Of a stretch of 64,000 bases of DNA, positions 31,033 through 40,246 are shown piece by piece. The stretch spans positions 6,629 through 70,628 of the forward strand of contig CAVVID010000018.1 in the NCBI GenBank assembly GCA_963748185.1. The letters are read 5' to 3'. Each line of letters begins with the position of its first letter. The first letter of the stretch is position 1. The stretch comes from an uncultured Actinomycetota bacterium (GTDB lineage: Bacteria; Actinomycetota; Actinomycetes; Propionibacteriales; Nocardioidaceae). The notes under the pieces are model-generated. The model searched no databases. It was given only the letters and a program-made list of their open reading frames with translations, and had not been told where the DNA came from. Made by a program: the position numbers and the translations under genes.

Positions 31033-32001
31033 TCAGAGCCTAGGAAAGCGTTGGTTGGGCAACTCGTCGCTCTCGTAGACAGTCGCTGCTGGACCGAGGA
31101 TGGAGGGGTCCGGCCGCCCGACAAGCTCGTGGTCCTTGTCGGCGTAGTCCAGCGTGTGCAGCACATGTCGTAGGGCAGCGATGCGGGCGCGCTTCTTGTC
31201 ATTGCTCTTCAGCACCGTCCACGGCGCGTCTGCTGTGTCTGTGTGGAAGAACATCGACTCCTTGGCATCGGTGTAGTCGTCCCACTTGTCGAGGGATGCC
31301 AGGTCCATCGGGCTGAGCTTCCACCGACGTACGGGGTCCACCTGGCGGGTGACGAACCGGGTGCGCTGCTCCGCTCGCGAGACTGAGAACCAGAACTTGA
31401 TCAAGTGGATGTCGCTACGCACGAGCATCCGCTCGAACTCGGGGGTCTGCCGCATGAACTCCAGGTACTGCGGGCGCGTGCAGAAGCCCATCACCCGCTC
31501 GACACCTGCGCGGTTGTACCAGGAGCGATCGAAGAACACGATCTCCCCGGCGGTGGGCAGGTGTTGCACATAGCGCTGGAAGTACCACTCGTTCTCCTCC
31601 CGCTCGGTGGGCTTCTCGAGTGCCACGACGCGGGCGCCGCGTGGGTTCATGTGTTCGGTGAACCGCTTGATCGTCCCGCCCTTGCCCGCCGCGTCACGAC
31701 CTTCGAAGACGAGCACCACCTTCTGCCCGGTGTCCTTGATCCAGCTCTGCAGCTTGAGCAGCTCGATCTGCAGTGAGCGCTTGGTGCTCTCGTATTCCTC
31801 TCGGGTCATCCGCTCGTAGTAGGGGTAACCCTCGCGCCAGGTCTCGATCGTGCTGCCGTCCGGACCGACCAGCAGTCGGTCGTCCACCGACTCGTCGGAC
31901 TCCTGCTCCACGTGCCACCCCTCGAGGTCCCCGCTCGGGTGCGGCGCTTCAAGCGGGTTCTGGTGGCCAGTCGATGCGCTGCGATGTTCGGTGGTCGTCA
32001 T
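31033..32001 (-). CDS. ppk2: Polyphosphate kinase 2
   Basis: FEGRDAAGKGG, WYFQRY, FDRSWYNRAGVERVMGFC, WKLSPMD. Confidence 0.97.
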   Translation of the reverse strand: MTTTEHRSASTGHQNPLEAPHPSGDLEGWHVEQESDESVDDRLLVGPDGSTIETWREGYPYYERMTREEYESTKRSLQIELLKLQSWIKDTGQKVVLVFEGRDAAGKGGTIKRFTEHMNPRGARVVALEKPTEREENEWYFQRYVQHLPTAGEIVFFDRSWYNRAGVERVMGFCTRPQYLEFMRQTPEFERMLVRSDIHLIKFWFSVSRAEQRTRFVTRQVDPVRRWKLSPMDLASLDKWDDYTDAKESMFFHTDTADAPWTVLKSNDKKRARIAALRHVLHTLDYADKDHELVGRPDPSILGPAATVYESDELPNQRFPRL

Positions 32002-32141
32002 GCGGGGATGATGACCAGTGCATGTGAACTCTTGGTGAACCCGGGTAGCCGAGAGAGTTCCGGGTCTGCCGCGGCCGACGCCAGTCCTTCCAAATACCGG
32101 GGCGAACGCCTAGCGTTTGCGCGTAACCGGAGGGGACCCTG

Positions 32142-33263
32142 ATGGGCAGGAAAGCAGTTGTCGTCGGCGGCGGAATCGCCGGCCTCGCATCCGCGATCGG
32201 GCTGCGTGAACGCGGCTGGGACGTGGAGGTGCTGGAGCAGGCGCCGGCGTTCGAGGAGGTCGGGGCCGGGCTCTCCCTGTGGCCGAACGCCCTGAACGCG
32301 CTGGACGAGCTGGGTGTGGGCGAGGTCGTGCGCGAGAGATCCATCCTCGACGGCGAGACCGGCATCCGCGACAAGCGCGGACGGTGGCTGTCGCGCACAG
32401 ACGTCGCGGCGATCCGCGACCGGTTCGGTTCTGTCGCACTGGTGCACCGCGCGACCTTGCTGGAGATCCTGCGCTCGGCGCTGCCACCGGATTGCCTGGA
32501 GGCCGGGGTGACGGTCAACCACGTGACGGCGGACGGTGTGGTGCAGTGCGGGCACCGCTTGCTGCACGCGGACCTCGTGCTGGGAGCGGACGGCCTGCAC
32601 AGCACTGTCCGTAAGGCCGTCTGGCCCGACTCTCCGTCGCCCCGCTACGCCGGCTACACGGCCTGGCGCTTCGTGACCCGTCGTCCAGTGGTGGACGTGG
32701 GTCCGGGCGGTGAGTCCTGGGGTCACGGTGAACGGTTCGGCTTCGCCACGCTGTCGGACGGCCGGGTCTACTGCTTCGCGACTGCGAACGTGGAGGAAGG
32801 GACCGACGGCGGCGATCTGTCAGCGCTGCGCGACAGGTTCGGCGACTGGCACGACCCCGTCCCGAGGCTGCTGGACGAGGCCGACGAGGCCGACCTGCTG
32901 CACCACGACCTCTACGACCTCCCGCCCCTGTCCAGCTTTGTCGAGGGCGGGGTCGCTCTCGTCGGCGATGCCGCGCACGCGATGACTCCCAACCTCGGTC
33001 AGGGTGCCTGCCAGGCCCTCGAGGACGCTGTCGTCCTCGCCCGTTGCGCGACGGACTCCGACCTGGCGGCGTACGACGCCGAACGCCGGCCCCGGGCGAC
33101 GATGATCAGCAAGCGGTCGGCCCGGATCGGCCGCGTCGCACAGCTGCAGTCGACCCCGGCCGTGGCGGTTCGAAACCTGGTGATGAAGGCGACGCCGCCC
33201 TCGGCGATGCTGCGCTCTCTCTCACCCGTGCTGACCTGGCGCCCTCCGGGCACGGCGGCCTGA
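32142..33263 (+). CDS. FAD-dependent monooxygenase
   Basis: VVGGGIAG, GADGLHSTVR, LVGDAAHAMTPNLGQGACQALEDA. Confidence 0.92.
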   Translation: MGRKAVVVGGGIAGLASAIGLRERGWDVEVLEQAPAFEEVGAGLSLWPNALNALDELGVGEVVRERSILDGETGIRDKRGRWLSRTDVAAIRDRFGSVALVHRATLLEILRSALPPDCLEAGVTVNHVTADGVVQCGHRLLHADLVLGADGLHSTVRKAVWPDSPSPRYAGYTAWRFVTRRPVVDVGPGGESWGHGERFGFATLSDGRVYCFATANVEEGTDGGDLSALRDRFGDWHDPVPRLLDEADEADLLHHDLYDLPPLSSFVEGGVALVGDAAHAMTPNLGQGACQALEDAVVLARCATDSDLAAYDAERRPRATMISKRSARIGRVAQLQSTPAVAVRNLVMKATPPSAMLRSLSPVLTWRPPGTAA

Positions 33264-33278
33264 CGTGGGCAGCTGATC

Positions 33279-34022
33279 ATGCGGGTGGCTCTGCAGGTGA
33301 CCTGCATCAACGACGCGTTGTTCCCGGAGACCGGGAAGGCGATGGTCACCCTGCTCCGCCGGCTCGGCGTAGACGCGGAGTTCCCGGAGGCGCAGACGTG
33401 TTGTGGCCAGCCGATGGTGAACACCGGATACCTCGACGAGGCGGTGCCGGCGCTGCGTTCCTTCGTCGACGCGTTTGCTGGGTACGACGCCATCGTGACG
33501 CCGTCCGGGTCGTGCGCCGGGTCGGCCAGGCACCAGCACACGCTCGTGGCGGAGCGGTCCGGTGACTCGTCGCTGATCGCTGCTGTGGAGCAGACGGCAC
33601 CACGTGTCTTCGAGCTGACCGAGTTCCTGGTCGACCAACTGGGAGTGACCGACGTGGGCGCCTCCTTCCCGCACACGGTGACCTATCACCCGACCTGTCA
33701 CTCGCTCCGGATGCTCGGGGTGGGCGACCGGCCACGAATGTTGCTCGAGCAGGTCCGCGGACTGCGCCTCGTCGACCTGCCGGCTGCCGAGGAGTGCTGC
33801 GGTTTCGGCGGCACCTTTGCGATGAAGAACGCGGACACCTCGATCGCCATGGGGTCGGACAAGGCCCGGCACGTTCGCGAGACCGGCGCGGAGATCCTGG
33901 TGGCAGGTGACAACTCGTGCCTGATGCACATCGGCGGACTGCTGTCGCGCGGGCGTTCCGGCGTACGCACCATGCACCTTGCAGAAGTGCTCGCGGCCAC
34001 CGAGAGTGCGGTGGTGCCCTGA
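33279..34022 (+). CDS. lutA: Lactate utilisation protein A (CCG Fe-S)
   Basis: QTCCGQP, PSGSC, YHPTCH, CCGFGGTF, SCLMHI. Confidence 0.93.
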   Translation: MRVALQVTCINDALFPETGKAMVTLLRRLGVDAEFPEAQTCCGQPMVNTGYLDEAVPALRSFVDAFAGYDAIVTPSGSCAGSARHQHTLVAERSGDSSLIAAVEQTAPRVFELTEFLVDQLGVTDVGASFPHTVTYHPTCHSLRMLGVGDRPRMLLEQVRGLRLVDLPAAEECCGFGGTFAMKNADTSIAMGSDKARHVRETGAEILVAGDNSCLMHIGGLLSRGRSGVRTMHLAEVLAATESAVVP

Positions 34023-35458
34023 TGGGTGCCACCTTCGTCGGGATGCCCGTGTTTCCCGCGGCCGCGCGCACCGCACTGGCGGACACGCAGCTGCGGCACA
34101 ACCTCGCCCACGCCACCGGGACGATCCGCGACAAGCGAGCCAGGGTGGTCGCCGAGGTGCCCGACTGGGAGGACCTCCGCGCTGCCGGGGCGACGATCAA
34201 GGACGCCACGCTGGCGGACCTCGAGCAGCACCTCATCCAGCTCGAGGCCAGACTGACGGAGCAGGGCGCCGTCGTGCACTGGGCGCGCGACGCCGAGGAG
34301 GCCAACCGGATCGTCGCGGACGTGGCCAAGTCGCACGGCCTCGACGAGGTGGTCAAGGTCAAGTCGATGGTGACCCAGGAGATCGGTCTCAACGAGGCGT
34401 TGGCCGAGGAGGGGATCGCCGCCTGGGAGACCGACCTCGCTGAGCTGATCGTCCAGCTCGGGGACGACCTGCCCTCGCACATCCTGGTGCCGGCGATCCA
34501 CCGCAACCGCGCGGAGATCCGGCAGATCTTCCTCGACCACATGGCGGCCGCGGGGCGGCCTGCGCCGGCAGGTCTCACCGACGAGCCGGCGGAGCTCGCG
34601 TCAGCGGCGCGGCTGCACCTGCGCGAGAAGTTCCTCGGCGCCAAGATGGCTGTCTCCGGTGCGAACTTCGCGGTTGCCGAGACCGGCACGCTCGTGGTGG
34701 TGGAGTCGGAGGGCAACGGCCGGATGTGCCTGACCCTCCCGGACGTGCTTGTCTCTGTCGTCGGCATCGAGAAGATCGTGCCGACGTTCGCCGACCTCGA
34801 CGTGTTCCTTCGGCTGCTTCCGCGATCGTCCACCGGCGAGCGGATGAACCCCTACACCTCGACCTGGAGCGGGGTGACGCCCGGCGACGGGCCACAGGAG
34901 GTGCACGTCGTACTCCTCGACAACGGCCGCACCCGCGCACTCGCCGACGAGGTCGGCCGCCAGGCGCTTCGCTGCATCCGCTGTTCTGCGTGCCTCAACG
35001 TCTGCCCGGTCTACGAGCGGGTCGGCGGCCACGCCTACGGGTCGGTCTACCCGGGCCCGATCGGCGCGATCCTCAACCCGCTCATGCGCGGAGTGGGGGA
35101 GGACCCGCAGGTCGACTCGCTGCCGTACGCCTCGTCGCTGTGCGGCGCCTGCTACGAGGTGTGCCCGGTCAAGATCGACATCCCCACCGTGCTCGTGGAC
35201 CTCCGCGCGCAGGTCGTCGATGCACACCGCGGAGGGATGCCGAAGCTGGAAGCCATTGCGATGAAGGGCGCCTCCTCGACGTTCGCATCGTCGAAGCGGC
35301 TCGGGTTCGCCGAGCGGTTCGCGCGGCTCGGCACCGGGCTCGCGGGTCGGTTGCCCGTCGCCACACCCTGGACCGGTGCGCGCGACCTGCCGAAGGGACC
35401 GGTCGAGTCGTTCCGGGCCTGGTGGAAGCGCACCGACGGGGGACAGAAGGATGGTTGA
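34022..35458 (+). CDS. lutB: Lactate utilisation protein B
   Basis: KVKSMVTQEIG, ETDLAE, PSHILVPAIH, EGNGR, CIRCSACLNVCPVY, SLCGACYEVCPVKI; stop codon lies inside a REP-like element. Confidence 0.95.
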   Translation: MGATFVGMPVFPAAARTALADTQLRHNLAHATGTIRDKRARVVAEVPDWEDLRAAGATIKDATLADLEQHLIQLEARLTEQGAVVHWARDAEEANRIVADVAKSHGLDEVVKVKSMVTQEIGLNEALAEEGIAAWETDLAELIVQLGDDLPSHILVPAIHRNRAEIRQIFLDHMAAAGRPAPAGLTDEPAELASAARLHLREKFLGAKMAVSGANFAVAETGTLVVVESEGNGRMCLTLPDVLVSVVGIEKIVPTFADLDVFLRLLPRSSTGERMNPYTSTWSGVTPGDGPQEVHVVLLDNGRTRALADEVGRQALRCIRCSACLNVCPVYERVGGHAYGSVYPGPIGAILNPLMRGVGEDPQVDSLPYASSLCGACYEVCPVKIDIPTVLVDLRAQVVDAHRGGMPKLEAIAMKGASSTFASSKRLGFAERFARLGTGLAGRLPVATPWTGARDLPKGPVESFRAWWKRTDGGQKDG

Positions 35459-35488
35459 GGAGCGAGGAACGAGCGTCTCGAAACCATC
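35450..35488 (+). repeat. REP-like palindromic element at the lutB/lutC junction
   Basis: 35 nt (35452-35486) identical to the reverse complement of the copies at 44437-44475 and 44612-44650; terminal stem GATGGTT/AACCATC. Confidence 0.9.
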
Positions 35489-36062
35489 TGCGCGCGAGGA
35501 GATCCTCGCCCGGGTCCGGGCCGCCACCGCCACGGCCTCAGCGACGTCGTACGTCGCTCCGGCGCGTGCGCCGACAACCGCATCGGTCGACCTGTTCGTC
35601 GAACGGGTCGAGGACTACCGGGCGGTCGTCGAGCGATGTGCTGCCACCGACCTCGCGGACCGGGTGGCGGCTGCGGTGCGGGACTGCTCGGTCGTCGTAC
35701 CGGAGGGGCTGGGCGTCAGGGTCGATGGCGCTGTCGTCGACAACGGGTTGACCTCGCTCGAGCTGGATGCGATCGACGCGGTCGTCACCGAGGCCACGGT
35801 GGGCATCGCCGAGACCGGCACCATCGTTCTCGACCACCAGGCCGGACAAGGTCGTCGGGCGATCACGCTGGTTCCCGACCGGCACGTGTGCATCGTCCGC
35901 GCCGACCAGGTGGTCGCCGACGTACAGGACGCCGTCGCCCTGCTGCACCCGGACCGGCCGCACACGTGGATCAGCGGACCCTCGGCCACCAGCGACATCG
36001 AGCTCAACCGGGTCGAGGGCGTGCACGGCCCCAGGAACCTGCACGTGATCGTCGTCAACTGA
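35451..36062 (+). CDS. lutC: Lactate utilisation protein C (LUD domain) with a repeat-encoded N-terminal insert
   Basis: M-[VEERGTSVSKP]-SAREEILARVRA; IAETGTI, ISGPSATSDIELNRVEGVHGP. Confidence 0.92.
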   Translation: MVEERGTSVSKPSAREEILARVRAATATASATSYVAPARAPTTASVDLFVERVEDYRAVVERCAATDLADRVAAAVRDCSVVVPEGLGVRVDGAVVDNGLTSLELDAIDAVVTEATVGIAETGTIVLDHQAGQGRRAITLVPDRHVCIVRADQVVADVQDAVALLHPDRPHTWISGPSATSDIELNRVEGVHGPRNLHVIVVN

Positions 36063-36086
36063 ATCTCGGCAACGGCGTGCTCCCGC

Positions 36087-36893
36087 TCAGGCCGGGACGT
36101 CCCCGACGCTGTGCCGGAGCTGGGCGAGGATGCGGGTGAGTAGTCGGGACACCTGCATCTGCGTCACTCCGATCTTCTCTGCGACCTCGTGCTGGGTGAG
36201 CCCTTCGAAGAAGCGCAGTCTGAGGATGAGGCGATCACGCTCGCTGAGAGTGCCCATGGCTGGGTGCAGCATCAACCGGGCCTCGGCGGCGCGTTGGTCG
36301 TCGTCGCCGCCGGGGAGCAGCTCTGCGAGTGTTGCCGCTCGCCCGGGGCGAACCGCGAGATCAAGTGAGGTCGGCGTGAAGCAGCCATCGCTGGACAGCG
36401 CCTCCACCACGGGCTCGACGGGGACACCCAGACGTTCTGCGATCTGGGTTGGTCGCGGGGAGGTCCCCAGTTCAAAAGCGAGGTCGGCCTCTGCCGTGCT
36501 GATCCGCGCCTGGAGCTCCTGGATCCTGCGCGTCGGTCGAATCATCCAGCCGTGGTCCCGGAAGTACTTGCGCAGCTCCCCACGGATCGTCGGTGCCGCA
36601 TACGACATGAAGTCGGTGCCCGTGCTGATGTCGTAGCCGCGAGTCGCCTTCGTCAGCGCCAGCGCGGCGACCTGCCGCAGGTCATCGAGTGGCACGCCGC
36701 GGGAGCGGTACCTGGCCGCCTGCACGTGGGCGTAGTCGAGGTGCATCTCGATCACGGTGTCCATCAATTCACGACGTTCGTTCTCATTGGCGCAGGACTG
36801 TGCCGACAGGAACAGCGCACGTGTGCGAGCTGCTCGTTCTTCGAACGCGCGGCGACGCGCGTCTGTGGGTGCTTCTTCTTGGGAAGTGGTCAT
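36087..36893 (-). CDS. SigB/SigF/SigG-family RNA polymerase sigma factor
   Basis: DDLRQVA, YAAPTIRGELRKYFRDHGW, LRFFEGLTQHEVAEKIGVTQMQVSRLL. Confidence 0.92.
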   Translation of the reverse strand: MTTSQEEAPTDARRRAFEERAARTRALFLSAQSCANENERRELMDTVIEMHLDYAHVQAARYRSRGVPLDDLRQVAALALTKATRGYDISTGTDFMSYAAPTIRGELRKYFRDHGWMIRPTRRIQELQARISTAEADLAFELGTSPRPTQIAERLGVPVEPVVEALSSDGCFTPTSLDLAVRPGRAATLAELLPGGDDDQRAAEARLMLHPAMGTLSERDRLILRLRFFEGLTQHEVAEKIGVTQMQVSRLLTRILAQLRHSVGDVPA

Positions 36894-37357
36894 CTCGCAC
36901 ACCAACCGGTAGGACTCCAAGGGAGACTCAGTGATTGTGAGTGCCGCTGGGTTAGAGCACCCCTGATCATCATCAGGTCGGTGGCTTCAACGAGATGTTC
37001 GTCGCCGCACCGGGGCGAGTACCCCTACTTCAGGACTTTCGCCGGGCGTGGCCAAGTGCATGTCCGTTGCGCTCACAGAGCAGGTGGCCGGCAGAGGATC
37101 AAGCGGCATTTGCAGTAGTTCCCGGGCTCGGCGCGGTGACGAGTTGTCACCCAGCACCACGTCTGGCGGATCATGCCGTGGCCACCTAACTTCTGTCGTT
37201 GTCCGCTTTCTTCTTCAATGGCGGGTCGGGTGCGCTCGTTGGCGGTACCCGATGGCGTGCTGGTCATGCGCAGCCGGCACGGACCAGGCTCGGAGGCGAG
37301 GCGCCCAAGACGCCCCCCTCAGGTATCGAACGGGCGGATCTGGGTACCGTGCGGGCC

Positions 37358-38083
37358 ATGACGGAGTCACCGGAAAGTTTGCAGCCGGTTCCGGAGAGCC
37401 GAATGGCCCTCGACTGGCTGGCGTCCTACAGCCGTGAGCGACACCTCGAGACGTCGATCACGAGAATGGGCCGACGGGTGCGCGAAATCGTCCCGCAGTG
37501 CATGGCCCTGAGCCTCGGGCTGCTCGAAGAGGGGCTCACGTTCACCTTGGTGAGTGAGACCCGCGAAGCCGCGATCCTCGATGCCATCCAGTACGTCGAC
37601 GGTGGTCCTTGCGTTGCAGCGACGGAGGGCGGAGAGGTGACCCAGGCCACGCACTTGCCGACCGACGAAAGCCTCTGGCACCTGTTCTCGCAGGCCCAGA
37701 GCGTGGCGGGGGTGGCCAGCACGTTGTCGCTACCGATCCTGCGCGGGGACCGGGTGGTGTGCGGTGTGAACCTCTACGCCTCGGAGTCGGACGCATTCGA
37801 CGGGCACCACGACGCGCTCGCCGACGCGTGCGGGGCTTGGGCGGAAGGGGCAGTGACGAACGCGGACCTGACGTTCACGAGCCGGCTGCGCGCCGCAGCA
37901 GCACCTTCGGTCCTGCGCGACAACGCACTCTTCGACGCTGCCACCGGGTATGTCGCTGCGCACCAGGACATCGACGCCGAGACTGCAGCGACGAAGATCC
38001 GCGATGCAGCCGTGCGGGCCGGGGTGACTCCCGCCGACGTGGCGAGGTTCCTGTTGAACTCCAAGCCAGAAGCGGGCGTCTGA
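37358..38083 (+). CDS. GAF and ANTAR domain protein
   Basis: LDAIQYVDGGPC, STLSLPI...GVNLYA (GAF); ATGYVAAHQDIDAETA...IRDAA (ANTAR-like); upstream GGGTAC at 37342 resembles a SigB-type -10. Confidence 0.8.
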   Translation: MTESPESLQPVPESRMALDWLASYSRERHLETSITRMGRRVREIVPQCMALSLGLLEEGLTFTLVSETREAAILDAIQYVDGGPCVAATEGGEVTQATHLPTDESLWHLFSQAQSVAGVASTLSLPILRGDRVVCGVNLYASESDAFDGHHDALADACGAWAEGAVTNADLTFTSRLRAAAAPSVLRDNALFDAATGYVAAHQDIDAETAATKIRDAAVRAGVTPADVARFLLNSKPEAGV

Positions 38084-38086
38084 CCG

Positions 38087-38317
38087 CTACAACCGATCGA
38101 GGAGAACGGCCGCGAGGAACCCTGCGGCGGTGACGAGGCCGACCACCGGTCCGCCTTCGCGTGCGGCCTCCGGCAGCATGGTGGAGGACAGCATCGCGAG
38201 GATGGCGCCGGCGGCGAAAGTCATCACTGATGCGATCGTGTCGAAGGAGGCGCCGTCGAGGGCGCCTACGACGAGGGTGCTGCCACCGATCAGTCCCCAC
38301 AGGGCTGCTTCCCACAC
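38087..38317 (-). pseudogene. ZIP-family metal transporter, internally deleted
   Basis: N-terminus (ALWGLIGGSTLVVGAL) joined directly to the C-terminus (FAAGAILAMLSSTMLPEA...GLVTAAGFL); only 76 aa. Confidence 0.7.
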
Positions 38318-38410
38318 GCTCGGGGAGTCCAGGGGTGCGGAGACCGAATGGCTCGCACGCGAAGGCGATCAGGGCCAACCCGCCATCGCACACACCGCCA
38401 GAGCAGACGG

Positions 38411-38893
38411 CTACTGGAGTCCGGTGCGCACGGACGTGATCCGCTGGGTGTTGAAGCCGAGCCAGTTCATCCGGCCGATGAAGCGCGCGTGCTCGACCTT
38501 GAGGCAGCGGTCCATCACCACCGTCACGCCGCCGTCCTCCGCGATCTTCGCTCCCTCTTCGTTGATCACGCCGAACTGGCACCAGATGGCATCGGCGCCG
38601 ATCTCGACGGCCTCGCGGGCGATGTCGGGCAGCGCGTCCGGTGCGCGGAAGACGTTCACGATGTCCACGTGCTCGGGTACGTCGCGCAGGCTCGCGTAGC
38701 TGCGCTGGCCGAGGATCTCCGTCTCGCGTGGGTTCACCGGGATCACGTGGTAGCCGTGCCGCCGGAGGTAGTAGCCGACGAAGTAGCTAGCTCGCAGCGG
38801 GTTGTTCGACAGGCCGACGACCGCGATCGTCTTCGCGCTGTGCAGCACGCGCTGGATGGTCAGCGGATCCTGGTACTTCTTCAGATCGGTCAT
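38411..38893 (-). CDS. CoA-binding protein (YccU-like)
   Basis: TIAVVGLSNNPLRAS, IPVNP, VDIVNVFR, WCQFGV, VVMDRCLKVE. Confidence 0.92.
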   Translation of the reverse strand: MTDLKKYQDPLTIQRVLHSAKTIAVVGLSNNPLRASYFVGYYLRRHGYHVIPVNPRETEILGQRSYASLRDVPEHVDIVNVFRAPDALPDIAREAVEIGADAIWCQFGVINEEGAKIAEDGGVTVVMDRCLKVEHARFIGRMNWLGFNTQRITSVRTGLQ

Positions 38894-40227
38894 GCCGTCG
38901 CCACCTCCGTTGCCGCAGCCGCAGCAACGCGTTCGAAGCCTTGTTCCAGGTCCCAGATCAGGTCCTCGACCGACTCGGTGCCGACCGACAGACGGACCGT
39001 TCCGGGCCCGACGCCGGCTGCCCGCAGCTCCTCGTCGCTCAGCTGGCGGTGTGTCGTGCTGCCCGGGTGGATGATCAGGCTCTTCGCGTCGCCGACGTTC
39101 GCCAGGTGGGACCACAGACTCACGCCGCCGATCAGGGCCAGCCCGCCGGCCCGGCCGCCGGCGCAGTCGAAGGAGAACACTGCGCCGGAACCTTTCGGCA
39201 GGTACTTCTCCACGAGCGATTGGTACTTGCTCCCCGGGAGGTCGGGAAAGGTCACGTTCGACGCGAGGTCGTGGGACTCGAGGAACGCCGCGACCGCTCG
39301 GGCGTTCGTGACATGGCGGTCCATCCGCAGTGACAGCGTCTCGAGCCCCTGCAGCAGCAGGAAGGCGTTGAACGGCGAGAGCGCCGCACCGAGGTCGCGC
39401 AAGGTCTCGGCCCGCAGCTTCATCAGGTAGCCGTAGGTCCCGAACGTCTCGTGGAACTGCAGCCCGTGGTACGCCGGAGACGGATCCGCGACCACCGGGA
39501 AGCGTCCGTTGGACCAGTTGAACGTGCCGGCCTCGACCACGACACCGCCGATGGTCGTGCCGTGGCCACCGAGGAACTTCGTCGCCGAGTGGATCACGAT
39601 GTCGGCGCCCCACTCGATCGGCCGGCAGAGGTACGGCGTGGCGAAGGTGTTGTCCACGACCAGGGGCAGCTCGTGCTCGTGCGCGATCGACGCGAGGGCC
39701 TCGATGTCCAGCACGTTGCCGCCGGGGTTGCCGATCGTCTCTCCGAAGAACGCCTTCGTGTTCGCCTTGACGGCCTGGCGCCACGCGTCCGGGTCGTCGG
39801 GATCGACCCAGGTCACCTCGATGCTCAGCTTGCGCAGCAGGTGCTTGAACTGGTTCACCGTCCCGCCGTACAACGCAGTGGAGGAGACGACGTGGTCACC
39901 GGGCTCCAGCAGCGTGAACAGCGCGGCAGCCTGCGCGGCGAGACCGCTCGCGAACGCCACGGCACCGGCGCCGCCCTCGAGGTTGGCCACCCGCTCCTCG
40001 AAGACCGCCACCGTCGGGTTCATGATCCGCGAGTAGGTGTTGCCGTACTCCTGCAGGTTGAAGTACGCCGCCGCCGACTCTGGGTCCTCGAAGACATAGC
40101 TGGTCGTCTGGAAGATCGGCACCGCCCGGGCACCGGTGTTCGGGTCCGGGCGCTGACCGGCGTGCAGCTGGCGGGTCTCGAACCCGAAGCTGTGGTCGTC
40201 GTCGAAGCGGGCTGGCTCGTCGATCAC
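38890..40227 (-). CDS. metY: O-acetylhomoserine sulfhydrylase / aminocarboxypropyltransferase
   Basis: [36 protein letters not shown] (PLP lysine), [15 protein letters not shown]. Confidence 0.95.
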   Translation of the reverse strand: MIDEPARFDDDHSFGFETRQLHAGQRPDPNTGARAVPIFQTTSYVFEDPESAAAYFNLQEYGNTYSRIMNPTVAVFEERVANLEGGAGAVAFASGLAAQAAALFTLLEPGDHVVSSTALYGGTVNQFKHLLRKLSIEVTWVDPDDPDAWRQAVKANTKAFFGETIGNPGGNVLDIEALASIAHEHELPLVVDNTFATPYLCRPIEWGADIVIHSATKFLGGHGTTIGGVVVEAGTFNWSNGRFPVVADPSPAYHGLQFHETFGTYGYLMKLRAETLRDLGAALSPFNAFLLLQGLETLSLRMDRHVTNARAVAAFLESHDLASNVTFPDLPGSKYQSLVEKYLPKGSGAVFSFDCAGGRAGGLALIGGVSLWSHLANVGDAKSLIIHPGSTTHRQLSDEELRAAGVGPGTVRLSVGTESVEDLIWDLEQGFERVAAAAATEVATA

Positions 40228-40246
40228 GTGTGCCTCTTCCGTGGTG

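Noticed and set aside
29489-32001. ppk2 next to CYTH-CHAD as a novel system
   Set aside because: Well-known association; CHAD is an established polyphosphate-binding domain often encoded beside ppk genes.
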